A stretch of 29,332 nucleotides of DNA from contig JBDRIG010000049.1 in the NCBI GenBank assembly GCA_043816185.1, positions 1 to 29,332 of the forward strand, in the 5' to 3' direction. This DNA comes from Elusimicrobiota bacterium. GTDB taxonomy: Bacteria > Elusimicrobiota > UBA8919. Below are positions 18,232 through 26,618 of the stretch, one piece after another. The first letter of the stretch is position 1, and every line of letters starts with the position of its first letter. Below the pieces are notes generated by a model. It was not told the DNA's origin. It did no database searches and worked only from the letters and a program-made list of their open reading frames with translations. A program made the position numbers and the translations under genes.

Positions 18232-18326
18232 ACAATTACCGTTAAATGGACATAAAAGTTAATACATAAAATTAACGCTAAATCAACTTTTTGTATTCGC
18301 TCCGTTCGCTCCCGCATTTATTATTT

Positions 18327-19700
18327 TTACATCTCTTCTGCACTTTTAGCGATTTCCTGTGCATATTGACTGATTATTTTATCGTCAGGCCCTTCAACCA
18401 TAATTCTTAAAAGTGGTTCTGTACCAGAATATCTCACAAGCACTCTACCAGAACTATTGAGTTTTTCCTCAACAGATTTTATCACATTGGACAGATTTTT
18501 ATTCTCGGAAATTGGAATCTTTTTTAGCGAAACGTCAACTTTTACATTTAATAAAACTTGTGGACATTTTTTCATAATTTTCGACAATTCTGATAATGAT
18601 TTTTTACTTCTTTTTATTACTGCTGAAATTTGAATGGATGTTAGAAGCCCATCGCCCGTATTCAAAAAATTCCTGAAAATTATATGCCCCGATTGCTCCC
18701 CACCCAAAATTATGTCATTTTTAATCATTTCATCATGAACATATTTATCGCCAACAGCACTCTCTAACACTTTTATGCCACCACACTTCATTGCTTTGTA
18801 AAATCCGAAATTTGCCATAACCGTTGCAACCACAGAATTATTTTTCAATTCTCCTCTTTTATTAAGTTCATCGGCAGCAATCGCAATTAGATAATCGCCG
18901 TCCTTAATTTCACCTTTTTCATCAACAAACAAACATCTGTCACCGTCGCCATCATAAGCAATCCCAAAATCGGCATTACTTTTAACAACTGCGTTCTGTA
19001 AATTTTTAAGATGTACTGAACCACAATTTTTATTTATATTTTTACCGTCAGGAGAAGCGGACAGGGTTATTGTTTCCGCTTTGAGATAAGAAAAAACTTC
19101 TGGCGCAATTTTATAGTTCGCACCATTAGCACAATCAAGAACAATCTTTAATCCGCTTAAATCAAAATTTTTGGGAAATGTTGAATATAAAAATTTCGCA
19201 TAGATAGCACTTGCATAGTCATCAGCAACTTTATATGTCCCAATGGTCTTATTGTCTTTTTTAATATTTTCGTCTAAAACAAACTTCTCAATTTCCAATT
19301 CTTTTTCGTCGGCAATTTTAATTCCTTCATTTGAAAAAAATTTTATACCGTTGAACTCCGCTGAATTGTGAGACGCTGAAATAACACATCCAGCTGATGA
19401 ATTTCTAAGTGAGGTGATATGTGAAATGGCAGGTGTCGGAATAATCCCACAATCAAAAACGTCAACACCAGCAGACACTATTCCATCGCTAATTGCTTTT
19501 GAAATCCACGATGACGATTCGCGAGTATCACACCCTAAAACAAATTCTTTCTTTCCAGCCTGACCACATCGTGGTTTGGACAAGGAAAAATCGTTAACTA
19601 TTATTGCTGCTGCATAGCCTATTTTTTTTATTAATTCCACTTCAAATGGATATTTTCCAGCAATGCCTCTAATGCCATCAGTACCAAAAAGTTTTTTCAT
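18327..19700 (-). CDS. glmM: Phosphoglucosamine mutase
   Basis: FGTDGIRG, ISASHN (phospho-Ser), DGDGDR, GGEQSGH, RYSGTEP. Confidence 0.95.
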   Translation of the reverse strand: MKKLFGTDGIRGIAGKYPFEVELIKKIGYAAAIIVNDFSLSKPRCGQAGKKEFVLGCDTRESSSWISKAISDGIVSAGVDVFDCGIIPTPAISHITSLRNSSAGCVISASHNSAEFNGIKFFSNEGIKIADEKELEIEKFVLDENIKKDNKTIGTYKVADDYASAIYAKFLYSTFPKNFDLSGLKIVLDCANGANYKIAPEVFSYLKAETITLSASPDGKNINKNCGSVHLKNLQNAVVKSNADFGIAYDGDGDRCLFVDEKGEIKDGDYLIAIAADELNKRGELKNNSVVATVMANFGFYKAMKCGGIKVLESAVGDKYVHDEMIKNDIILGGEQSGHIIFRNFLNTGDGLLTSIQISAVIKRSKKSLSELSKIMKKCPQVLLNVKVDVSLKKIPISENKNLSNVIKSVEEKLNSSGRVLVRYSGTEPLLRIMVEGPDDKIISQYAQEIAKSAEEM

Positions 19701-19776
19701 ATTTTTATAAAAGTTGCGAAACCAACGCTAATCCTTCATTATATTATAAACCATACAAAATATGAACTACCAAACT

Positions 19777-19945
19777 TCGCCCTCGCAACAACAGCTTGTT
19801 GCGACGACAATTTTCCTCATCGCAGAGCGAGGGAAAAGTTTCTGCAGAGCCTCAATTTGCGACTTATTTGTTCCAGGAGCAAATTGCAGAGCGAGTTCTG
19901 ACGAGCGTCTCAAAGAAACTTATTCCCGAGCGCCCTTGCGAGCGA
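19777..19945 (-). other. GC-rich multi-stem element between tsf and glmM (candidate structured RNA or repeat)
   Basis: Closing stem TCGCTC/GGGCGA; internal stems GGGCGCTCGGG/TTTGAG(A)CGCTC, CAATTTGC/GCAAATTG, TTTTCC(C)TCGC/GCGA(TGA)GGAAAA, TCGCAACAA/TTGTTGCGA. Confidence 0.45.
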
Positions 19946-20560
19946 CTATTCTTCACCTATCTTGAACCTTACAAATCTTTTTACCGAAATATTTTCGCCA
20001 AGTTTTGCAATTGCATCAATTATAAGTTCCTTTACTTTTTTCTTTCCAGACGCATCTCTGACGTGTATCTGTTCAAGCAAACAAACCCTTTCATAAAATT
20101 TACTGAGACGCCCAACTATTATTTTATCAATAATTCCTTCGGGTTTGCCTTCTTTTAACGCTTGTACTTTCAATATCTCTTTTTCCTTTAACAATTCGTC
20201 TGCGGGTATATTTTCAATTCCAACAACCATTGGCGATGCCGCTGCAATTTGCATGGAAATTTCATCACCAAGATTTTGAAAATCTTGTGTTTTAGCAACA
20301 AAATCTGTTTCACAGTTTAATTCCAACAAAACACCTAATTTGCTCCCCGCATGAATATATGAAAATATTATACCCTCGCTGGCTACTCTTAAAGATCTTT
20401 TGATTGCAATAGCGATTCCTTTCTCTCTCAATTTTGTAGCCGCCATGTCCAAATCACCACCAGATTCTACGAGTGCTTGTTTACAATCCATCATTCCACA
20501 ATTTGTTTTTTCACGCAGACGAGCAACTACTTCAGCTGTTATTTTGATAGGCTCTGACAT
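19946..20560 (-). CDS. tsf: Translation elongation factor Ts (short form, about 204 aa)
   Basis: LREKTNCGMMDCK.AL, ELNCETDFVA, LGENI.V.RF.RF; ATG at 20560 follows GGAGG; downstream of rpsB. Confidence 0.96.
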   Translation of the reverse strand: MSEPIKITAEVVARLREKTNCGMMDCKQALVESGGDLDMAATKLREKGIAIAIKRSLRVASEGIIFSYIHAGSKLGVLLELNCETDFVAKTQDFQNLGDEISMQIAAASPMVVGIENIPADELLKEKEILKVQALKEGKPEGIIDKIIVGRLSKFYERVCLLEQIHVRDASGKKKVKELIIDAIAKLGENISVKRFVRFKIGEE

Positions 20561-20623
20561 TTTTACCTCCACTGACAATTATAGGAATTAAACTTTCTTT
20601 CTTTTTTTTTTAATCATTAAACA

Positions 20624-21439
20624 CTAATTCTGTTTTTTCTCTTCTTCTTTCACAATTGTTTTTTCTTCTGTTGTTGGTATTTGTTCGGTAGAGGAAAATT
20701 TTTCTTCCGCAGATGTGCCTTGTTTTTCTATGGACGAATGAACTTCTTTACTTTTAATTTCTGCTTTACCTTCTATGACCGCATCCGCAATAATACTTAC
20801 AAGCAAAGATATAGATTTTATCGCATCATCATTACCTGGAATACAATAATCAACCATATCTGGATCGCCATTTGTATCGCAGATAGCAACCACAGGAATT
20901 TTGAGACGACGAGATTCGTTTATTACAGTTTTTTCACTGATAGGATCCACGACAAATATAAGTCCTGGGAGTGACTGCATATCTCTAATTCCCGAAAGAG
21001 CAATAGATAATTTTTTCATCTCCTTTGTTAAAACAGATTTTTCCTTTTTCGGAAGTTTTTCAAGAATACCGTCGGCTTTCATTTTTTCCAAATCGTTAAA
21101 ACGTGCGATATTTTTTTTAATTGTCTCAAAATTTGTCAAAGTACCGCCCAACCATCTAGAAGAAATATAGTTGACGCCACATCTTATTGCCTCGTTTTTT
21201 ATAATGTCCTGCGCCTGATGCTTTGTTCCAACAAATAAAATACGCCCGCCACCACTAGCAAAATCTCTTACAAATTTGCATACTTTTTTTAATTCCTTTA
21301 CCGTCTTGGCAAGGTCAATAATATGGATCTTGTTCCTGTGCCCGAAAATAAATTTTCCCATTTTAGGATTCCACTGACTTACTTGATGCCCAAAATGGAC
21401 ACCTGCTTCCAACAAACCCTTCATCGATACATTGCTCAT
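20624..21439 (-). CDS. rpsB: 30S ribosomal protein S2
   Basis: LLEAGVHFGH, WNPKM, FVGTK, RWLGGTLTN, DTN, IPGNDDA. Confidence 0.98.
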   Translation of the reverse strand: MSNVSMKGLLEAGVHFGHQVSQWNPKMGKFIFGHRNKIHIIDLAKTVKELKKVCKFVRDFASGGGRILFVGTKHQAQDIIKNEAIRCGVNYISSRWLGGTLTNFETIKKNIARFNDLEKMKADGILEKLPKKEKSVLTKEMKKLSIALSGIRDMQSLPGLIFVVDPISEKTVINESRRLKIPVVAICDTNGDPDMVDYCIPGNDDAIKSISLLVSIIADAVIEGKAEIKSKEVHSSIEKQGTSAEEKFSSTEQIPTTEEKTIVKEEEKKQN

Positions 21440-21490
21440 ATTTTTTTATCCCCCCAAACCGCTAAACTAATGCTGAACTTAAATATTGAA

Positions 21491-21596
21491 CTGACACGGA
21501 ACCGTTATGCATCTACTTTACGTTCCCTACTTCTATATTTCTTTCGCATTTTACTTCGCACCTACTTACTCGCTTCGATGCGAAACCCACTGTCAG
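21491..21596 (-). promoter_or_regulatory. Candidate structured rpsB 5' leader (three-way junction)
   Basis: Pairings 21491-96/21591-96 (CTGACA/TGTCAG), 21542-49/21578-85 (TTTCGCAT/ATGCGAAA), 21498-505/21520-26 (one bulge); about 50 nt upstream of the rpsB ATG. Confidence 0.45.
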
Positions 21597-21617
21597 GCAG
21601 ACCTATTCCACAGTATT

Positions 21618-22595
21618 TCATTTTCTTAAATAACTTGAAAAAATCAAGTAAAATTTGAAAAAAATGCGATAAAAAAATCCTCCTCTTTTTACTAATTTCA
21701 CAACTTTTACCAACGTATTTTTTAAAATTGTTGCCTTACCTATTACACCAGCAGCAAGATAAACTGTAATAGTAACATCGTCTTTCAAACATACTATCTC
21801 ATGAACTTTACACACAATCGCAGTGGTTCCCAATGCATTCCTACCACCTATAAAACCACTTAAATATTGTGCTATATCCCGCGTATCACTAATAATAACA
21901 GCGATTTCGTCTCCAGGTAAAAGAGTATTAGCTTTCAAAACAAGACCACCCGACGAAACTGGCATTATGTCGATTGTAAGATGATCAACTAAATTAAAAT
22001 CATATTCCTTAAACTCAAATTCTAATTGTTGTTGAAAAATTTTATCAGATATTTTTCTAAATTGTGCGAGATTAAGTTCCTCGGATAAAATTTCAAAATT
22101 AATTGCAGATGTTTTTAATGGTTTTCTCAAAATATCTTCTAATATATCGGCAATTTCAGTAATATTATTTTTTTTTACTGCATCAAAAAAACTTTCATTA
22201 TGTTCATTTAAAATTTCCTCGACAATTTTTTTTTCTATATCCAATGTTAAATCCTGGATACTTCCTGGTAGAAGCCTAGTTGTATAAAGTTTTTTATCAT
22301 ATTCATACCAATCCTGGTATAAATCTGCTGTTTCATAAACATTTGGATTATATGTTACAACAACGCGTGTCTTTAAATTCCGACAGTGATTTATATCGAC
22401 GATGACGATAATCATCCCATAGAGATGATTATCGTAAGTATAAAACTTACTTTTTATTACAGCAATATTTTTAAGTAAATCAAAAATTTTTGATATAGAT
22501 TTCGATACATTGTAATTACATGACTCAAGGACAATCTGCGCTTGCTCCTCATTACAATTAGTCTCTTCCATAACTATTTTTATTTTTTCCTGCAT
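21618..22595 (-). CDS. Hypothetical protein with N-terminal UBA-like three-helix domain
   Basis: 325-aa ORF starting 8 nt after the xer stop codon; N-terminus IKIVMEETNCNEEQAQIVLESCNYNVSKSI resembles NAC/EF-Ts UBA-like domains; remainder unrecognised. Confidence 0.7.
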   Translation of the reverse strand: MQEKIKIVMEETNCNEEQAQIVLESCNYNVSKSISKIFDLLKNIAVIKSKFYTYDNHLYGMIIVIVDINHCRNLKTRVVVTYNPNVYETADLYQDWYEYDKKLYTTRLLPGSIQDLTLDIEKKIVEEILNEHNESFFDAVKKNNITEIADILEDILRKPLKTSAINFEILSEELNLAQFRKISDKIFQQQLEFEFKEYDFNLVDHLTIDIMPVSSGGLVLKANTLLPGDEIAVIISDTRDIAQYLSGFIGGRNALGTTAIVCKVHEIVCLKDDVTITVYLAAGVIGKATILKNTLVKVVKLVKRGGFFYRIFFKFYLIFSSYLRK

Positions 22596-22603
22596 AACAT
22601 ATC

Positions 22604-23515
22604 CTACGCGCGTGGATGAACCTTATCGTATATTTTTTTCATCATCTGTGCAGTAATATGTGTATAAATCTGAGTTGTAGCAAGATTCTTATGCCCTAAC
22701 ATTTCTTGAACACTTCTTATATCACAACCATTGTCGAGAAGATGAGTAGCAAAGGTATGTCTCAACGAATGTGGTGTAATTTTTTTTTCAATACCTGCTT
22801 TTCTAAGATATTTTTTCAGCATTTTTTGAATATATCTTGCTGATAATTTTTGTCCTACTTTGGTTAAATTTCTAATAAACAAAATATTGGAGGAATCTTT
22901 TCGCATCTTTAAGTACTTTCTTATAATATCAAGTGCACAATCACCGACGGGCACAATACGCTGCTTGGAACCCTTCCCCATAACTTTAATTGTACATGAA
23001 AAATAATCAACGTCGGTTCTGCTTAAATTCGTGAGTTCCGAAATTCTTAAACCAGAAGAATACAACAATTCCAAAATTGCCCTGTTTCTTAAACCAGAAA
23101 TTTCTGAAATATCTATAGCCGCTAAAATAAGATTAATTTCAGTAGTAGTTAAGAAATTTGGGAGATGTTTTTCTTCTTTTGGAGTAAGTATAAAATCCAT
23201 TGGCGATATTTCAAGTATTTTACATTTAACAAGAAAACCAAAAAAACCTCTTAATACAACAATTTTTCTTATTATGCTGGATTTTTTTTTGCCGCAAAGA
23301 ACATTTGCTAAATAATCCCTAACAATGATTTTATCGACATTTTTTATGTCAAGTTTTTTTTTCTCTAAGAACTTGTTAAATTGTTTAATATCTCGTCTGT
23401 ATGCAAGAACGGTATTTTCTGAAATATTTTTTTGAATTTTCAAAAACTGTATGAACTTTTCTATATTTTCAATTTGATTCGGGTTTTTTATCATTTTCGT
23501 TATCTTTTTTCTCAC
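22604..23515 (-). CDS. xerC: XerC/XerD-family tyrosine recombinase
   Basis: LYSSGLRISE, GKGSKQR, PHSLRHTFATHLL, LGH, TTQIYTH catalytic motifs; topA-xer context. C versus D and the start (23515 or 23494) are uncertain. Confidence 0.88.
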   Translation of the reverse strand: MRKKITKMIKNPNQIENIEKFIQFLKIQKNISENTVLAYRRDIKQFNKFLEKKKLDIKNVDKIIVRDYLANVLCGKKKSSIIRKIVVLRGFFGFLVKCKILEISPMDFILTPKEEKHLPNFLTTTEINLILAAIDISEISGLRNRAILELLYSSGLRISELTNLSRTDVDYFSCTIKVMGKGSKQRIVPVGDCALDIIRKYLKMRKDSSNILFIRNLTKVGQKLSARYIQKMLKKYLRKAGIEKKITPHSLRHTFATHLLDNGCDIRSVQEMLGHKNLATTQIYTHITAQMMKKIYDKVHPRA

Positions 23516-25496
23516 TTATATTTTTTGTATTTTTACAATTTGGATAATCACTACATGCAAGAAATTTTCCTCGGCGACCTGATTTTACCAACATAACCTT
23601 GCCACATTTTTCACACATCTGATCTGATTTTTCAGGAACAATTTTTTTACCTTCTTTATCAACAGACATTGTATTTTTACATTTCGGAAAACCGGAACAA
23701 GCCATAAATTTTCCAAATCTTCCGTCTCGAATAACCATTGATGAACCACATTTTAAGCATTTCTCATCGGTTTCGATTATTTTTTTAACACTTTTCATAT
23801 TTGCTTTTGCAACGCCAAGTGTTTTAGAAAAAGGAGTGTAAAAATCTGATAACATTTTTGTCCATTCAATTTCACCTTCAGCAATTTTATCAAGTTTCTC
23901 TTCTATTTCAGCGGTAAAATTTAAATCAATAATTTCGGGGAAATATTTTTTTAGAATATCTATTACAGTAAAACCGACTTCCTGCGGAATAAATTTCATT
24001 TTTTCAATTTGTACATATCCCCTGTTTTTAAGTGTTGATATTGTCGGAGCATAAGTCGACGGTCTACCTATACCACGTTCTTCAAGTGTTTTTATGAGCG
24101 AGGCCTCATTATATCTCGGCGGAGGATCTGTAAAATGTTGCTTGGGAGTAATTTTTTCGGATACAAGATTGTCTCCTCCTATCATATTCGGCAGCATAAT
24201 ATCTTTTTCGTCCTCGCGGTAAATTTTCAAATAACCATCAAATTTTATTGATGAACCTGTAGCATGAAAAATATAATCTTTAACTTTTATATCAACAGCA
24301 ACCGAATTTATTATAGCCGAAGACATTTGACTCGCAATAAACCTCAACCAAATAAGCTCATAAAGTTTATGTTCGTCTTTTTCAAGTTTTAATATCTCAA
24401 CTGTTTTTGCTATATCCGTCGGTCTAATCGCTTCGTGCGCTTCTTGCGCCGACTTACTTTTTGTTTTATATATTCGCAATTTATTGGGCAAATATTCTTT
24501 ACCGAAATTTTTATTGATATATTCAGATGCCTGTTTTTGAGCAACTTTTGACACATCTAAAGAATCGGTTCTCATATAAGTAATAAACCCATTCTCGTAT
24601 AATTTTTGGGCAATAGACATTGTTCTATTTGAACTAAAGCCTAATTTATTGACAGCATCTCTCTGGAGTGTTGATGTCATAAATGGTGGCAGTGGATTTT
24701 TTATTCTTTCGCTTTTTGTAACCTTTGATACTACAAATTGATTATCTTTTATATCGTCAATTATTTTTTTTGCTTCCATTTCAGTTTTTATTGATGCTGT
24801 TTTTACTGTGTATTTTTCAGAAAACAACTGATGGGCAGTTGAGGAATAATATTTTTTTTCACCATTGGAAATTAAATCAGCATTGAAGGACTGCCCATTT
24901 TTATTAAGTTGTGCTGAAATAGTCCAATACTCCTGCAAAATAAAGTTTTTAATTTCGATTTCTCGCTCAATAATAAGACGAAGCGTAACTGATTGTACTC
25001 TACCCGCTGAAAGTCCTTTTCTTACATTTTTTCCCAAAAGTGGACTTATCTGATAGCCAACGAGACGATCTAAAATTCTTCTTGATTGCTGGGCATCGAC
25101 AAGATTTAAATTAAGTGGTCGGGGATTTTTTATTGCATCCTCAATTGCCGCTTGAGTAATTTCATGAAAAACAATTCTCTTTATTTTTTTTATATCAAGC
25201 CCACTGGCAGATGTAATATGCCATCCAATTGCTTCGCCTTCGCGGTCATAGTCGGTCGCTATAAATACATCTGACGATGATTTTATGGTGGAAATTATTT
25301 TTTTCATCGCATCTTCTTTACCTTGAAGAATCTGATATGATGGTCGAAAATTGTTTTCTGTATCTACACCAAGTGTTCTCTTGGGTAAATCGCGAATATG
25401 CCCCATTGAAGCAATAACAGTAAATTTTCCTTTCAGAAAATTTGTTATCATTTTCGCCTTAGTTGGTGACTCAACAATTACAAGTGGATTTTTCAT
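23469..25496 (-). CDS. topA: DNA topoisomerase I with two C-terminal zinc ribbons
   Basis: IVESPTK, TDYDREGE (TOPRIM), SAGRVQS, ITYMRTD (catalytic Tyr), GIGRPSTY, two CxxC...C....C repeats. Confidence 0.98.
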   Translation of the reverse strand: MKNPLVIVESPTKAKMITNFLKGKFTVIASMGHIRDLPKRTLGVDTENNFRPSYQILQGKEDAMKKIISTIKSSSDVFIATDYDREGEAIGWHITSASGLDIKKIKRIVFHEITQAAIEDAIKNPRPLNLNLVDAQQSRRILDRLVGYQISPLLGKNVRKGLSAGRVQSVTLRLIIEREIEIKNFILQEYWTISAQLNKNGQSFNADLISNGEKKYYSSTAHQLFSEKYTVKTASIKTEMEAKKIIDDIKDNQFVVSKVTKSERIKNPLPPFMTSTLQRDAVNKLGFSSNRTMSIAQKLYENGFITYMRTDSLDVSKVAQKQASEYINKNFGKEYLPNKLRIYKTKSKSAQEAHEAIRPTDIAKTVEILKLEKDEHKLYELIWLRFIASQMSSAIINSVAVDIKVKDYIFHATGSSIKFDGYLKIYREDEKDIMLPNMIGGDNLVSEKITPKQHFTDPPPRYNEASLIKTLEERGIGRPSTYAPTISTLKNRGYVQIEKMKFIPQEVGFTVIDILKKYFPEIIDLNFTAEIEEKLDKIAEGEIEWTKMLSDFYTPFSKTLGVAKANMKSVKKIIETDEKCLKCGSSMVIRDGRFGKFMACSGFPKCKNTMSVDKEGKKIVPEKSDQMCEKCGKVMLVKSGRRGKFLACSDYPNCKNTKNISEKKDNENDKKPESN

Positions 25497-25747
25497 ATTT
25501 TACACAAATATGCTAAAACTTCGGAATATATTATAAACCTTGCGAAACCTCTCAAGTATATTAAACTTCGCAAACACACTAAACCGACACAGAATTTTGA
25601 AAAACCTACAAAACGCTGACACTAAATTTTTTATACCCTTGTTTTCTCGTCAAAATAGAACAACCAATACGTCATCCTTTTTGACTTTGGATACATCAAT
25701 ATAACATCCTTTTAACTCTTAACTTTATTTCTTATTACAGACCTCTG

Positions 25748-25786
25748 GGCAAGAAAGCCCCCATCTTCAGTCGTGGAGAGTGTCAA
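25748..25786 (+). mobile_element. IS200/IS605-type terminal hairpin, apparently a fused left/right end (PATE-like)
   Basis: GGCAAGAAAGCCCCCATCTTCAGTCGTGGAGAGTGTCAA: left-end-like 5' part shared with 15379-15419 and a right-end-like GAGTGTCA(A) terminus. Confidence 0.55.
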
Positions 25787-25875
25787 AGTTTTTTCTATCA
25801 TTTTCAGATTTGTTTCGGCGATTCTGCTATGCTTCGGATATTTTTTGCTTTTTTTGTAATTTTTATAATGTGATT

Positions 25876-26151
25876 CTATCTACATAAAAATCTTCTGATG
25901 TCTTCATGAGTACCAAATATTATAAAAATTAGATTATCCGCTTCAAGTTTAAACAATATTCTTTGCTTTAATCCTAACCTAACTTCCCATAAATTTTTTC
26001 TCAGTTTTTTTAACCCCAGTCCTTTTACAGGGGTTTCCCTTTTAACAAACAAGTTTATTAAATCCGAAACCAGATTACTTACTTCTGTTTGTCGCTCTTT
26101 TGTAAGATCGTCAAACATTTTTAAAAAAGAAGTTAAATATGTAACTTTCAT
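25876..26151 (-). CDS. RelE/ParE-superfamily toxin
   Basis: MKVTYLTSFLKMFDDL ... LGLKKLR.NLWEVR....RILF......GTH..I; ATG at 26151 overlaps the antitoxin stop (ATGA). Confidence 0.75.
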   Translation of the reverse strand: MKVTYLTSFLKMFDDLTKERQTEVSNLVSDLINLFVKRETPVKGLGLKKLRKNLWEVRLGLKQRILFKLEADNLIFIIFGTHEDIRRFLCR

Positions 26152-26435
26152 TTTTTCATCCTTTGACAAAGATAACCTACTGCCTCTTTACCAGGAACTG
26201 TCACATATTGTCCATCTTTGATTTGTTTGGATAACAGTTTTTCAATCCCTCGTATATCTTCTTTATCTAAAATCTCTTCTTTCTCGACTACTTCAGCCGG
26301 CGTCATTATTAGTACTTTATCTTCTACTGTGAATTTTACCAAATCACCAGCGTGTAAATTAAGTTTTCTCATTATATCTGCTGGCAGTGTAACCTGGTGG
26401 CGCGGTCCTATAGGTCTAACATCTGTTGTTCTCAT
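26148..26435 (-). CDS. AbrB/MazE/SpoVT-family antitoxin
   Basis: IGPRHQVTLPADIMRKLNLHAGDLVKF....LIMTP swapped-hairpin signature; acidic C-terminal half; GGAGG at 26445-26441. Confidence 0.85.
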   Translation of the reverse strand: MRTTDVRPIGPRHQVTLPADIMRKLNLHAGDLVKFTVEDKVLIMTPAEVVEKEEILDKEDIRGIEKLLSKQIKDGQYVTVPGKEAVGYLCQRMKK

Positions 26436-26468
26436 TGTTACCTCCAGATTCTTTAATTGCTTATTTTA

Positions 26469-26497
26469 AGTATAGCGTATTTTCTTTGTTTTGTCAA
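26469..26497 (-). promoter_or_regulatory. Sigma70 promoter of the toxin-antitoxin operon
   Basis: TTGACA (26497-26492), 17-nt spacer, TATACT (26474-26469). Confidence 0.8.
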
Positions 26498-26618
26498 GTT
26501 CTTTTTTGCAATCTTAAATAACTTTGTTGCATTTCTACTGTCAAGCATACTCACCTAATCAATTATAATAACCCTTGTTTTATGTCTATTCCGCATTTTA
26601 TTCTACGTCCGATCCATG

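Noticed and set aside
19946..20560. tsf as a truncated pseudogene
   Set aside because: A roughly 200-aa EF-Ts is a known natural form (Thermus/cyanobacterial type), and both terminal motifs are intact.
22604..23515. Tyrosine recombinase as a phage or island integrase
   Set aside because: Sequence motifs and the dprA-topA-xer context indicate housekeeping XerC/D; no phage genes or att sites are evident.
24790..24850. Extra segment in topA (YSSTAHQLFSEKYTVK) as a repeat-derived insert
   Set aside because: No palindrome or heptamer periodicity is visible in the DNA, and this part of TopA varies in length.
25515..25540. dif-like site upstream of topA (ACTTCGGAATATATTATAAACCT)
   Set aside because: Needs several gaps to align with 28-bp dif sites; better explained by the motifs shared with the glmM upstream region.
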